Source: Candidatus Altimarinota bacterium
GTDB taxonomy: Bacteria; Patescibacteriota; Gracilibacteria; UBA1369
DNA length: 64,000 nucleotides
Direction of reading: 5' to 3'
Assembly (NCBI GenBank): GCA_963677745.1
Contig: OY782391.1
Location: forward strand, 832,001 to 896,000
Shown here: one piece after another, positions 47,548-58,471 of the stretch
How the letters are laid out: every line of letters begins with the position of its first letter
How positions within the stretch are numbered: position 1 is the stretch's first letter
The notes under the pieces: model-generated
Told to the model about the DNA's origin: nothing
Database searches by the model: none
What the model saw: only the letters and a program-made list of their open reading frames with translations
Program-made: the position numbers and the translations under genes

Positions 47548-48222
47548 CTAAATATATTCGCTGGAGCCCTTGTCCCCGACAATTTTGCCGTTTTCCAGCT
47601 TTACCACCCGCCTTTTCAGCGAGTTGACGATCTCTTTGTTATGAGTGGTCAGAATTATGGAAATGCCTTTTTGATTGATATCCAGAAACAATTTGATAAT
47701 TTCCTGGGCGGTTTTCGGGTCCAGATTGCCGGTAGGTTCATCCGCCACCAGCAGTCCCGGCTGATGCACGAGTGCCCTGGCAATAGCCGTACGCTGTTTT
47801 TCACCGCCCGACAGCTGATTGGGGAAATGGTTGGCCTGATCCAGCAGTCCCACCACCTTCAGCACCTCATGCACCCTGCTCCGGATCATTGCCTTTTCCA
47901 CACCGCATACCTCCAGGGCAAAAGCCACATTTTCAAACACGGTTTTCTGCGGCAGCAGACGGTAGTCCTGAAACACCACCCCGATTTTACGGCGGTAATA
48001 TTGCATTTCTTTGTCGGTCATTTCTGTTATCCGGTAGCCGTCCACGGTGATGTTTCCACCCTGGATTTTCTCCGAGCCGATCAGCGCGTAAACCAGAGTG
48101 GATTTACCGGCGCCGGACGGGCCGATTACAGAAACAAATTCACCCGGCAGAATGGTCAGCGACACGCCGTCCAGAACTTTCTTGTTTTTATATTTTTTAA
48201 CTACCCGGTCAAAAATAATCAT
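47548..48222 (-). CDS. ftsE: Cell division ABC ATPase FtsE
   Basis: GPSGAGKST, RRKIGVVFQDYRLL, LSGGEKQR, ADEPTGNLDP. Confidence 0.9.
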   Translation of the reverse strand: MIIFDRVVKKYKNKKVLDGVSLTILPGEFVSVIGPSGAGKSTLVYALIGSEKIQGGNITVDGYRITEMTDKEMQYYRRKIGVVFQDYRLLPQKTVFENVAFALEVCGVEKAMIRSRVHEVLKVVGLLDQANHFPNQLSGGEKQRTAIARALVHQPGLLVADEPTGNLDPKTAQEIIKLFLDINQKGISIILTTHNKEIVNSLKRRVVKLENGKIVGDKGSSEYI

Positions 48223-48420
48223 GCGCAGTTTTTAACTGACATCATCTTAGCACAAACCTTATTCCGCACAAATTTTCACCACAAATCATACCGCAGCTGT
48301 CAATGACCGCTTTTGCTCACTTCGAACAACCCCTCTACAGGGCTTACACAAAGCCCTTAACAAGAGTCTGGATAATCAGCGAAGGACGACTGGCTAATCA
48401 ACAGATAAGGCGGAGCTGGA

Positions 48421-49380
48421 TTATTTGTGATATTTCTGATGAATTTCCTTCAACCGGCGATTAGTCAGGTGGGTATATATCTGGGTAGTCGTGATTGAGC
48501 TGTGGCCCAGCATTTCCTGAACGGAACGGATATCGGCGCCATTTTTCAGCAGTTCCGTGGCAAAACTGTGGCGCAGTTTGTGGGGAGTAACTCTTTTGAC
48601 CAGGCCCGCCTTGCGGGCATAATTGCGGATCAGATACTGAACCATGGTGGCAGTAATGCGGCGGTTTTCGTCACGTCCCACCACCGCCCGCTGCTTCTCG
48701 TCGAGAGATTTTCCGCGGCCGTGGCTGATAAATACCGGTTTCAGCGAGTCGCGGCGGGCAGCCAGATAATTGCCCAGTGCGGCAACAGCGTCATCGGACA
48801 GAAAAACAATGCGGTACTTGCCGCCTTTTCCAATTACCCGGAATTCGCGGGTTTCCAGATTTATTTGTTCGCAATCCAGGCCGACCAGTTCGCTGATACG
48901 CAGTCCCGTGGAATAAAGAGTCCGCAGTATGGCCAGATCCCTTTTTCCGTTCAACCCGGACAAATCCACGGCGGCAAACAACCTCTCCAGCTCCTCTCTT
49001 TCCAGAAAATCAACAGTGCGCTGCTGCGTCTTACCCAGCTCCACCTTTTCCGGCGCCAAAGTCTCAAAATCCTGCCGAGTCAGGTATTTCAAAAAAGCCC
49101 GCAGCGCGATAATATGATAGGCCTGCGTCTTGGCATTCAGCAGCGGTTTCCGGTCCTCGTCCTGCAACCTGTTCAGATATAACCGGTAACGATTGACCAA
49201 TTCCAGATCTATCTGCTTCACTTCCAGCTGTTCTCCGGCAAAAGAAGCGAATCGCTTAAGATAATGCCGGTAATTTTCCAGCGTTTTATCGGCCTGATTC
49301 CTGGTGATTTCGCAGTATTCCAGAAAGCGCCTGACGCCTTCGCCCAGAGTAATTTCCTGATTTGGAGAATTTTCTTTCAT
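48421..49380 (-). CDS. Tyrosine recombinase, XerC/XerD family
   Basis: TGLRISE, GKGGKYR, TPHKLRHSFAT, LGH, TTQIY. Confidence 0.95.
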   Translation of the reverse strand: MKENSPNQEITLGEGVRRFLEYCEITRNQADKTLENYRHYLKRFASFAGEQLEVKQIDLELVNRYRLYLNRLQDEDRKPLLNAKTQAYHIIALRAFLKYLTRQDFETLAPEKVELGKTQQRTVDFLEREELERLFAAVDLSGLNGKRDLAILRTLYSTGLRISELVGLDCEQINLETREFRVIGKGGKYRIVFLSDDAVAALGNYLAARRDSLKPVFISHGRGKSLDEKQRAVVGRDENRRITATMVQYLIRNYARKAGLVKRVTPHKLRHSFATELLKNGADIRSVQEMLGHSSITTTQIYTHLTNRRLKEIHQKYHK

Positions 49381-49454
49381 GGCAGCGATATACTAGCACT
49401 TTTCAGCGGGCAAAAAAAATACTATACTTCGCAGGTAGTTAACGGCTGAAATCT

Positions 49455-49901
<447 letters not shown>

Positions 49902-50921
49902 TTAAACTCTGGGAACGTTCGGATCGGCTGGAATTGCCCCCGGTCCCTCGTTTCCACTTAGATCAACCTGCTTGAAATCCGGGCCGGCTTCTTCAGGAGT
50001 CGGTACAAGGGTATCAGCCTCAGCTGGCAGAGTATTCTGTTCAAAAGCCTTGGCTATCGCTTGAGCGGCTCTAAATTGTGCCAAAGCTTGATCTGCTTGA
50101 GCTTGTAGAGCAGGAGGTACGTTATTGCCTGCCTTGGCCAATTTCTGCTGTAAAACGCCGCTTTCCTGTCTGGCATTGGTTGCGTTGTCAACGGCCTCTT
50201 TTGCTTTTATGCCTCTATGTAATGACAAATCATCACTGACTTTTTTCAGAGATCCGCTTAAGCTGGTCAGATATGCATGATCTATTTTCATATCAGTCAG
50301 AATATCGTTAAATCTTTCTTTGACCAAAGGATCCTTTACTGCTTCAACTCCCTTGATCATCGCATCAAGATTGGCAACCCTTGCGTCAATGGAAGTCAAA
50401 GTATTGTCCAGATCTTTCTCGACAATATTTAGCGAGGTTACATCATTCGGTTTATCAAGCGGGAAGTCATTTGCAGTCAATTTTCCTAAGTCTTCCCCAT
50501 GTTTTTTGTCTTTTCCAATGGCATCCTGATCCAGCCTATATTCTCCGGCAACCTGAGTACAAGTAGTGACTTCTTTGGCTGTATTTTCCAGATTTTCCCT
50601 GGCGGCCAGAATATCATGTCTGGCTGCATCAACTGCATCTTTTATTGCGTTGATCGACCTTAACTGCTCTGCCGTCGAGGCAGAATCTCCCTCAACCTTA
50701 GTTTTATCAGGCAGTGCGCTCTCCACTTTGGTGATCGCATCCATTGCTTTTTGCTGTGCCTGTTCGGGCGTCATGCCGCCTGCGACATCCTTTTTTTCCT
50801 GTTCCTTGGCGGCCTCCAGCGCAGCCTTTTGGGCTGACTCATCTATTGGAGCATTTTCCAAATAAACAAATCTTTTTCCCAGCAGTTCCGGTTTCTCCAG
50901 ATTGAATTTGGTGTTTTGCAT
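49902..50921 (-). CDS. Hypothetical coiled-coil protein, paralog A
   Basis: N-term MQNTKFNLEKPELLGKRFVY; alignable by eye with the adjacent gene. Confidence 0.8.
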   Translation of the reverse strand: MQNTKFNLEKPELLGKRFVYLENAPIDESAQKAALEAAKEQEKKDVAGGMTPEQAQQKAMDAITKVESALPDKTKVEGDSASTAEQLRSINAIKDAVDAARHDILAARENLENTAKEVTTCTQVAGEYRLDQDAIGKDKKHGEDLGKLTANDFPLDKPNDVTSLNIVEKDLDNTLTSIDARVANLDAMIKGVEAVKDPLVKERFNDILTDMKIDHAYLTSLSGSLKKVSDDLSLHRGIKAKEAVDNATNARQESGVLQQKLAKAGNNVPPALQAQADQALAQFRAAQAIAKAFEQNTLPAEADTLVPTPEEAGPDFKQVDLSGNEGPGAIPADPNVPRV

Positions 50922-50961
50922 ATTGTAGTTCAAATTTTCTTTCGATGGATATCAATTCCAA

Positions 50962-51879
50962 TTAAGCCACCTTATTTGGATTGTCTTTATCCTGGTAGGC
51001 GGCAGCCACTGCCTGGGCGGCCTTAAATTCTGCATATGCCACATTAGCTTCTTCTTCCATTTTCGGAGTGACCGCACCGGCCTTTTTGGCGTTTTCCAGC
51101 TGGGTCTGCTTTGTTCCGCTGGCTTGCTGAGCTTCCAGCACTTTCTTTGCGGCTGCCTTCATCGATTCGCCTTTATAGGCATTCAAATCGGAAGAAACCA
51201 TGATCAGTTTTTCCTGGGTAAACTGCAAGACTTTTGCCTCGTTTGTAATTTCAGTCAACAAAGTACTGAACTTTTCTTTCATAGCGGGATCCTTGAGATT
51301 GGAAAGTGTTTCTCTCAGTGGAGTAAGGGCTTTTAGTCTGGCGTCTATAGTCGCGACTTGTTTGTCAATTCTGGTAACATTATTTGCGAGATCAGCCACA
51401 CCTTCTGGAGTATCCACCAGAAAATCTTCCCGTTTTAATTTTGACATACCATCGGCATCCGTTTTTTCAGTTGCTATCTCTGCTTTCATCGCAGTGAAGT
51501 TGCCTTCAGCGGCTGTGGCATCAGTTACATCTTTTTCTGTTACCTTTAAGCCGTTTCTGGCCTCTGATATTGCCCTTCTACAGGCATTGGCAGCGTCTTT
51601 AACCTGATTGAAAAGGCCCACCTGTTCTGCTTTTTCGGCGGCTCCTAAATCGGCATTCATCGGATCCGGTATAGACTTTATAATATTACTGATTGCATTT
51701 TGAGCATCAGTCTCTGCCTGATCGACAGATTTTCCGGTTTGGACAGCTTCTTTTTCCTGCTCCTTTACCGCTTCCAAGGCTGCCTGCTGGGCTGCCAGAT
51801 CAATCGGCTTATATTCCTGATAGATAAATCTTTTTCCGAACAGATCTAATTTTTCCTGATTGAATTTTGTGTTTTTCAT
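50962..51879 (-). CDS. Hypothetical coiled-coil protein, paralog B
   Basis: N-term MKNTKFNQEKLDLFGKRFIY; tandem paralog. Confidence 0.8.
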   Translation of the reverse strand: MKNTKFNQEKLDLFGKRFIYQEYKPIDLAAQQAALEAVKEQEKEAVQTGKSVDQAETDAQNAISNIIKSIPDPMNADLGAAEKAEQVGLFNQVKDAANACRRAISEARNGLKVTEKDVTDATAAEGNFTAMKAEIATEKTDADGMSKLKREDFLVDTPEGVADLANNVTRIDKQVATIDARLKALTPLRETLSNLKDPAMKEKFSTLLTEITNEAKVLQFTQEKLIMVSSDLNAYKGESMKAAAKKVLEAQQASGTKQTQLENAKKAGAVTPKMEEEANVAYAEFKAAQAVAAAYQDKDNPNKVA

Positions 51880-51911
51880 GTTTGTTTTAATTATTTGTTA
51901 TTAATTAATTT

Positions 51912-52226
51912 TTAAATATTGTTCATTTGGTTGAGAAGCTTTTCTTCTTCGCCTTTATCTCTATCCACCTGGATTTTTTCCATTCTTTTTGAAGAATCTT
52001 TTTTCTCTGCTTTAACCAGATTGTTAAAATTGCTGACCTGTTTTTCCACCTCCTGGTTGAAATTATTGTTAATTTCATTGTGCAGATTGGCTTCTCTTTG
52101 AAAAATCCCGGCAAAGTCCTCCTGCAGCTGACCTTCTGCCTTTAGGATTTGCTGTTGCAGCTCCTTCGACATTGTCTTGAAGGCAGTCGAATTATTTATT
52201 AATTGTAGATAAACTGACTGATCCAT
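51912..52226 (-). CDS. Small hypothetical helical protein
   Basis: 104-aa ORF from MDQSVY, co-oriented upstream of the paralogs; ends EEEKLLNQM. Confidence 0.65.
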   Translation of the reverse strand: MDQSVYLQLINNSTAFKTMSKELQQQILKAEGQLQEDFAGIFQREANLHNEINNNFNQEVEKQVSNFNNLVKAEKKDSSKRMEKIQVDRDKGEEEKLLNQMNNI

Positions 52227-52338
52227 TTCTTGGGCTTTTAAAATATCTTTACATAATATCACAAATTATGGGTTTTGCCAAGAGTGCGGAAATATGTTAG
52301 AATAAATAGAAATCAATTATAAAGAGTCACAGAAAATT

Positions 52339-53322
52339 ATGAAAAAATACTTTCAACTGGTACTTCTGAGCGTTTTATTTTCCCTGCCGCTAATCGGCAA
52401 AGCGGCTGATACTGCTGCGGTATCCTGCCAGGTAGACAAAGTGGCAAAGCCTGTCTATTCAGGTCAACTGCTGTCTGTCATTGCTCCGCCTGTGGCGGAA
52501 CCCGGCCAGCTGGTGGGCATTTCCGTGAAAATTAAAAACACCGGCAATGCCACCTGGTTTTCCGGTGACGCTGAATGTCCTGGACAGTCGGCGACCTACC
52601 TGGGCACTACCAGAAATCAGGACAGAAACAGCGCCTTTCACGCTCCGCTGGTTTTCGGAGAAACAGCCTGGCTCACGGGAAGCCGCATCAAGATGAAAAC
52701 CGCCAGAGTAAATCCCGGCGATACTGCTGAATTTATTTTTAACGCTCATACTCCTTCCGAACCTGGCATCTACCGCGAATATTTTGCGCCGGTGATAGAA
52801 GGCAAGGCCTGGGTCAAAGATGCCGCCGAATTCAAATTTGACATGAAAGTGGGACAGCCTGTGGAGGACGAGCAGGTGCTCAAATATACCCGTGATATTC
52901 TGATGAGTATTAATCTGACCGATCCCAAATTTATCGGTGAAAAGAAAATCATTGTGGATCTTTCCACGCAGCGCATGACTCTCAAACTGGGGGACATTGC
53001 CCTCAAAAATTTCCCCGTATCCACGGGCACCAACAGTCATCCAACTCCCGTCGGTACAACCAAAATCCAGTTCAAACAGAACGTGAGGGTGGCCGGCAGC
53101 AGGCCCCATTACATCATGCCGCTGTTCATGCAGTTCCGCAAAGGCGGCTACGGAATCCACGCCCTGCCCAGCCTGGCCAATGACCGAGGAGTATACTGGA
53201 GAGAGGCTTTGAATCACATTGGGACCCGCCGCAGTCACGGTTGCATCCGCCTGCTGCCGGCCGATGCCGAATTTGCCTACAGTTTCGCCGATGTCGGCAC
53301 GGAAGTTCAGGTTGTCTGGTAG
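52339..53322 (+). CDS. L,D-transpeptidase (YkuD) with N-terminal Ig-like domain
   Basis: Signal peptide; KNTGNATW..PG..PGIYREYF; IVDLSTQ, PVSTG, GIH, SHGCIRL. Confidence 0.92.
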   Translation: MKKYFQLVLLSVLFSLPLIGKAADTAAVSCQVDKVAKPVYSGQLLSVIAPPVAEPGQLVGISVKIKNTGNATWFSGDAECPGQSATYLGTTRNQDRNSAFHAPLVFGETAWLTGSRIKMKTARVNPGDTAEFIFNAHTPSEPGIYREYFAPVIEGKAWVKDAAEFKFDMKVGQPVEDEQVLKYTRDILMSINLTDPKFIGEKKIIVDLSTQRMTLKLGDIALKNFPVSTGTNSHPTPVGTTKIQFKQNVRVAGSRPHYIMPLFMQFRKGGYGIHALPSLANDRGVYWREALNHIGTRRSHGCIRLLPADAEFAYSFADVGTEVQVVW

Positions 53323-53457
53323 AGAGCCGGTAGGCGCAGCCAAATCACGATTCAGTCCGGTCTTCGCCGCAGAGAATATCTTCTGCGATTACGCAACAGC
53401 AATTTTTCCGGTAGTGGTTTATAATGCGGCCGCAGTAATTTTCTTGTCCAAATTTTA

Positions 53458-55710
53458 ATGACCAAAGACAGTCACCAGGATATGCTGGCGAATCTTAACG
53501 ACATGCAAAAGGAAGTGGTTTTGCAGCACGAAGGACCGATTCTGGTACTGGCCGGGGCCGGTTCCGGCAAGACCAGCGCGCTCACCACCCGCATTGCCTG
53601 GCTGATCCGGGAATATGGCGTTTCCCCCTGGAATATTCTGGCCGTGACTTTCACCAATAAGGCCGCCAATGAGATGAAAGAGCGCATCCTGCGACTGCTC
53701 AGAAAAGATGAAACGCATGCCCCCAATATCGGCACTTTTCATTCCACCTGCGTGCGGATTTTACGCAAGCAGATCCATCAGCTGGGTTACGATAACAGCT
53801 TTGTCATCTATGATACCGCCGACCAGCAGCTGCTGATGAAAAGGATCCTGGAAGAACTGCTGATCGACCCCAAAAAATTCAATCCCAAAGCCATTCTGAA
53901 TTTCGTTTCCGGTGCCAAGAATGAACTGGTCCCGCCCGAGGAATATGTGAAATTCGCCAATAATTATTTCACCGAAAAAGTAGCGGCTTGTTACACCCGC
54001 TATCAGCGTGAGTTGCAGCGCAACAACGCTCTGGATTTTGACGACATCATCATGAAAACCGTCGAGGTTTTCAGACAGTACCCCAATGTACTGGATTATT
54101 ATCAGGAACAATTCCGTTATATCTCGGTGGACGAATATCAGGATACCAACCACGCCCAGTACATTCTGACCAATCAGCTGGCTGCCAAATACCGCAATCT
54201 GTGCGTGATCGGCGATTCCGACCAGTCTATTTATGCCTTCCGCGGAGCCAATATCCATAACATCCTCAATTTTGAAAAGGATTATCCGGAGGCCAAGGTG
54301 GTTTATCTGGAGCAGAACTACCGTTCCACCCAGCTGATCCTGGACGCCGCCCATCATGTGATTGTCAAAAACACCCAGCGCAAGGATAAAAAACTCTGGA
54401 CCGAGCGGCAGGGCGGGGAGCCGATTACTATGAAGACTCTGGCCAATGAACGGGAGGAGGGGGAATACATTGCCAAGAATATCCTCTCCGGCATTGAGAA
54501 CAGCGAAGAAAAAGACTACCGCAATTTTGTGGTGCTATACCGCACCAACGCCCAGTCGCGCGTCTTGGAAGAATCTTTTCTCAAATATGCCATCCCCTAT
54601 AAAATCGTCGGCGGCATCAAGTTTTATGAACGCAAGGAAGTGAAAGACCAGCTGGCTTATCTGCGGGCCGTGGTTAATCCCAACGACTCAATCAGTCTGC
54701 TGCGGATTATTAATGTCCCGCCTCGCAAAATCGGCCAGAAGACCATCGACACCATTCAGCAGTATGCGGTGCAGAACGACCTCAGTTTCTGGCAGGCTCT
54801 CACACAGATCGACCGCATTGAAGCCATCCGTGACAGCAAGTCCAAAGCCCTGGAAGATTTCACCAAGTTGATTGTGGAACTGCAAAAGGTCAACCGTGAA
54901 TTTCCGGCCTCCGGGTTGATCAAGCATGCGCTGGAACTATCAGGCTATAAGCGGTTTTTGGATGATGGTACCGAGGAAGGGGAGAGCCGTTTGCAGAACA
55001 TTTACGAATTGATTTCGGTCGCCGGCAAATACGACCGGCTGCCGCCCGGGGAATCGCTGAGTATATTTCTGGAGGAAGTTTCACTGATCGCCGACATCGA
55101 CAAACTGGACGAGCAGGAAAATTCAGTCACGCTGATGACTATTCATTCCGCCAAGGGGCTGGAATTCCCCACCGTGTTTCTGGTGGGGCTGGAGGACGGC
55201 ATTTTTCCGCATTCCCGGTCGCTTTTGGAACGCACTGAAATGGAGGAGGAAAGACGACTGATGTATGTGGCGCTGACCCGCGCCAAGGACAAGCTTTATC
55301 TGCTCAATACCAGAAGCCGCATGCTTTACGGTGAAACCCAGTCCAATCCGCCCTCCCAGTTTTTGAAGGATTTGCCCGAGCATGTGCTGGAAACGGGTGC
55401 CAAAGATGAATCAACCGACACCACCTGGGAGAACACCCAGTATTTCCGCCGTGTGGCCGCCACCGGTAATATCACCGCCCGCGCTTTGCCTGAAGAAAGC
55501 GTCCAGGAAGGCCCGCGCCTGGTCCCCGAACCCGCCCAGTTTTCCGACGAATCGCCGGAACTCCATGAAGGAGACCGTGTCCATCACCAAACCTTCGGCG
55601 CGGGCACCATCCGCACCATCAAGGGCGGCGTGGCCACTGTCGAATTCGACGCCCTGCATTACGGCACCAAAAAACTGGCCCTCTCCATCGCACCGCTCAG
55701 TAAAATTTAA
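53458..55710 (+). CDS. pcrA: ATP-dependent DNA helicase PcrA/UvrD
   Basis: AGAGSGKT, TFTNKAA, DEYQDTN, GDSDQSIY, QNYRST, TIHSAKGLEF, EERRLMYVALTRA. Confidence 0.97.
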   Translation: MTKDSHQDMLANLNDMQKEVVLQHEGPILVLAGAGSGKTSALTTRIAWLIREYGVSPWNILAVTFTNKAANEMKERILRLLRKDETHAPNIGTFHSTCVRILRKQIHQLGYDNSFVIYDTADQQLLMKRILEELLIDPKKFNPKAILNFVSGAKNELVPPEEYVKFANNYFTEKVAACYTRYQRELQRNNALDFDDIIMKTVEVFRQYPNVLDYYQEQFRYISVDEYQDTNHAQYILTNQLAAKYRNLCVIGDSDQSIYAFRGANIHNILNFEKDYPEAKVVYLEQNYRSTQLILDAAHHVIVKNTQRKDKKLWTERQGGEPITMKTLANEREEGEYIAKNILSGIENSEEKDYRNFVVLYRTNAQSRVLEESFLKYAIPYKIVGGIKFYERKEVKDQLAYLRAVVNPNDSISLLRIINVPPRKIGQKTIDTIQQYAVQNDLSFWQALTQIDRIEAIRDSKSKALEDFTKLIVELQKVNREFPASGLIKHALELSGYKRFLDDGTEEGESRLQNIYELISVAGKYDRLPPGESLSIFLEEVSLIADIDKLDEQENSVTLMTIHSAKGLEFPTVFLVGLEDGIFPHSRSLLERTEMEEERRLMYVALTRAKDKLYLLNTRSRMLYGETQSNPPSQFLKDLPEHVLETGAKDESTDTTWENTQYFRRVAATGNITARALPEESVQEGPRLVPEPAQFSDESPELHEGDRVHHQTFGAGTIRTIKGGVATVEFDALHYGTKKLALSIAPLSKI

Positions 55711-56165
55711 AGCTTATCCGCCCGGGCGGCCTTTTCTTCACGGGCGCGGCGTTCGGCGTCGTATTTGTCGTCCTTGATTTTGTAGTATTGTTTGATGCTG
55801 CGCTCGGTGCCATAGGCAATATCGCAGGTGGGTTCGGCGCGGCGCCTGTCGCCCCTGTCCCTGCCTTTATCGTCTCCGGTCTCGGTCGCCGCCGTCGTGG
55901 CAGTCGCTTCCGGGGTTACGGCTGCACTTGCTGACTTGGCTTTCTGGCAGGCCTCAATTGGATATTTGAAATTAAAACTGGTGGGATGATAATCCACTAT
56001 CTGCTGGCAGGTCTTGCAGTAAAAAACAATGCCCTCCGGTACCGGAGTATTATCAACGGCCTGGCTGTTGGCTACCCGGGGACGTCCCTGACCACCTCCG
56101 GTTCGGCCTGGCGGGCCTCGGCGGCCTCCTCTGTCCCTTCTGCGTCTGTCGTTGTTTCTGGGCAT
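55707..56165 (-). CDS. Hypothetical protein with Arg/Gly-rich N-terminus and CxxC
   Basis: RRRDRGGRRG, FYCKTC, two further Cys, IAYGTERSI. Confidence 0.7.
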   Translation of the reverse strand: MPRNNDRRRRDRGGRRGPPGRTGGGQGRPRVANSQAVDNTPVPEGIVFYCKTCQQIVDYHPTSFNFKYPIEACQKAKSASAAVTPEATATTAATETGDDKGRDRGDRRRAEPTCDIAYGTERSIKQYYKIKDDKYDAERRAREEKAARADKL

Positions 56166-56175
56166 TTGAAATTAA

Positions 56176-57189
56176 TTATAAATCCATTCTGTACATCTGG
56201 GGTTTCTTTTCTCCTGCGGGTTCGCTGCCTGCCGTTACGGGTCTGGCAGCGGCGGTTTTATGCAACATTGTTTCCAGCGTGGCCCCGACCTTCTGGGGTT
56301 TGGTTGCTGCAGAAGTGGAGATGATTTTTTCCTTGCCGAAATTGGCCGAAAAAGCATTGTTCTTAGCCTCCTTCGCCAGCAGTTTGCGTCTTTTCTCGGG
56401 AGTCAGAGTATCGCGTATCATGGTTTTCTTCAGATTTTCATAAAGTTTGGTTCTTTCATATTCCGTTTTCCCGACGGGGCTCCTCTCCGACATTCGTATG
56501 GCCTGCGCCAATGCCGGTACTACCGGAGCTGCCGGCATCTCCGTCATGGGCTCGGCTGCAATTTGTACAGAAGCCGCTTGCGCGAAAGCCGGTTCGGCAC
56601 TGATTACCGGGGCAGCTGCCATCACCGGTTCCGGAAATTGCCCGGCCGGAACAGCTGTACTCACCGGTGCCTGTGTTTCGGCTAAAACCGCTGCCGGTGC
56701 CGTCACCACCTGTCTGACCGGCAAAATAGCTTCTTCCTTCTCAAATTTCTTTCTGTAACTCACATATCCTCCCACGCAAATCATGACCGTGGCCACCAAA
56801 GCCAGCATCACCCCGATTTCCGATTTTTTGCTCATGATATTCAGACCGAACTGGGGATGAAAATAAACCGAATTGATAATCATCAGCAGATACATGGAGA
56901 AAAACCCCATTATCATCTGCTTCATACCCAGAGGACTTTCCTGCCATTTGGCCGTTACGCCACCTTTCAACACGGCATATAAAAGCGTTCCCGCGTTGAC
57001 CAGACAGAGGGCCAGGATTGATATCCCGACAAAATAAAGGGGGCCGTTCAATGCAGTATAAAAATCACCACTCCGGAATACGTCTTTATCGCTGTACCAG
57101 CCTAAAAAAAGGCTTACCACCAGTAAAATTGTCCCGATCAGGTTCAATTTTTGACCACTGGACAATTTACGCCAAAAGTTTTGATGCAT
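56176..57189 (-). CDS. Hypothetical 4-TM protein with Ala/Pro-rich cytoplasmic tail
   Basis: SLFLGWYSD, four hydrophobic segments. Confidence 0.75.
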   Translation of the reverse strand: MHQNFWRKLSSGQKLNLIGTILLVVSLFLGWYSDKDVFRSGDFYTALNGPLYFVGISILALCLVNAGTLLYAVLKGGVTAKWQESPLGMKQMIMGFFSMYLLMIINSVYFHPQFGLNIMSKKSEIGVMLALVATVMICVGGYVSYRKKFEKEEAILPVRQVVTAPAAVLAETQAPVSTAVPAGQFPEPVMAAAPVISAEPAFAQAASVQIAAEPMTEMPAAPVVPALAQAIRMSERSPVGKTEYERTKLYENLKKTMIRDTLTPEKRRKLLAKEAKNNAFSANFGKEKIISTSAATKPQKVGATLETMLHKTAAARPVTAGSEPAGEKKPQMYRMDL

Positions 57190-57271
57190 ATTATTGTTTC
57201 GTGACAAACAGGAATAATTACATTAATATTCCCTCACTTGAAATTTACAAGAATTATCTTATTTGAACAAT

Positions 57272-58471
57272 ATGAAAATTGCCATAGATGTCCGTGAGGC
57301 CGATGGTCAAAAGACGGGCAAAGGCTTTTTCGCTTATGGACTGGTCAAGCAGTTGTTGGAACAGGACCTGAAAAATCACTATATACTCTACACCGACAAG
57401 GAAAAATCTCCTTTTGCCGAGTCATCCAATTCCGAAGTGCGCTTCATTGCCGGTGAAGGCCTCAAATGGCACTGGAATGTTTTAAAAGATCTCAAAACCC
57501 TGCGCCCCGACCTTTATCTGGCCCCGACCAGCTTCATCATTCCCGCCCTGGCGCCCCGCTGGCTCAAAGTGATTATCGTGGTGCACGATCTGGTGGCCTT
57601 CATGTTTCCCAGAAGCCATGCCAAAAAAGCCGTCATCATCGAGCGTCTGACTCTCCACTGGGCTCTCAAAAAAGCCCTCAAGGTGTTCGTGGTCTCCGAC
57701 AATACGCAGAACGACCTGATTAAAATTTTCCACTATCCGAAACCGTTGATGGTCAAGATTTCCTGCGCCCCGCACGCTCTTTACAAGGAGGAAATCAAAC
57801 CGGGCGAGTCCCAAAAAGTGCGCCAGAAATTCCATCTGCCGGAAAAATTTATTCTGGGTGTGGGAACTTTGGAACCCCGCAAAAACTTCAGCGCCCTGAT
57901 CAAGGCCTTTGTTATCCTGAAGCGGAAATTCCCCGAATATAAACTGGTGATTGTCGGCAAAAAAGGCTGGAAATATCAGGATATCGAACGGTCGGTGCGT
58001 GAGTTTGACCTGGAAAAAGACGTTATTTTTACGGGCTACATGTCGGACGAGGACCTGCATCATACCTATAATCTGGCTGAAGTGTTTGTCTTTCCGTCAC
58101 TCTATGAAGGTTTTGGGATTCCTCCTTTGGAAGCAATGGCCTCCGGTTGTCCGGTTATCTCATCCAATGCCGCTTCCCTGCCCGAAGTGGTGGGTGATGC
58201 CGGCCTGCTGATTGATCCCAACAGTTCGCACAAAATAGCCGATGCCGTGGCCAGCCTGATTGAAAATCCCCAGCTCAGAAACACCCTTTTGGAAAAAGGC
58301 TTTCACCGTTCCCGTAATTTCTCCTGGGAAGAGTCGGCCCGCAAAGTTCTGGAGGAATTTGATGCGGTTGAGCAGGCTCCCAGTCTCTCCAAAGAACCTG
58401 CCATCCAGCCGGAAAGCATCGCAGCGGTTTCAAAAAGCCAGGATGCAAATATCTCTAAAAAATCGGAATAA
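57272..58471 (+). CDS. Glycosyltransferase family 4
   Basis: [39 protein letters not shown]. Confidence 0.95.
   Translation: MKIAIDVREADGQKTGKGFFAYGLVKQLLEQDLKNHYILYTDKEKSPFAESSNSEVRFIAGEGLKWHWNVLKDLKTLRPDLYLAPTSFIIPALAPRWLKVIIVVHDLVAFMFPRSHAKKAVIIERLTLHWALKKALKVFVVSDNTQNDLIKIFHYPKPLMVKISCAPHALYKEEIKPGESQKVRQKFHLPEKFILGVGTLEPRKNFSALIKAFVILKRKFPEYKLVIVGKKGWKYQDIERSVREFDLEKDVIFTGYMSDEDLHHTYNLAEVFVFPSLYEGFGIPPLEAMASGCPVISSNAASLPEVVGDAGLLIDPNSSHKIADAVASLIENPQLRNTLLEKGFHRSRNFSWEESARKVLEEFDAVEQAPSLSKEPAIQPESIAAVSKSQDANISKKSE

Noticed and set aside
48241-48420. oriC DnaA-box cluster
   Set aside because: Only poor matches to TTATCCACA, and no dnaA/dnaN nearby
48421-49380. Tyrosine recombinase as the integrase of a mobile element
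   Set aside because: Looks like a housekeeping Xer among ftsE, dprA and nrdR; no att repeats or phage genes, and no dif site recognised
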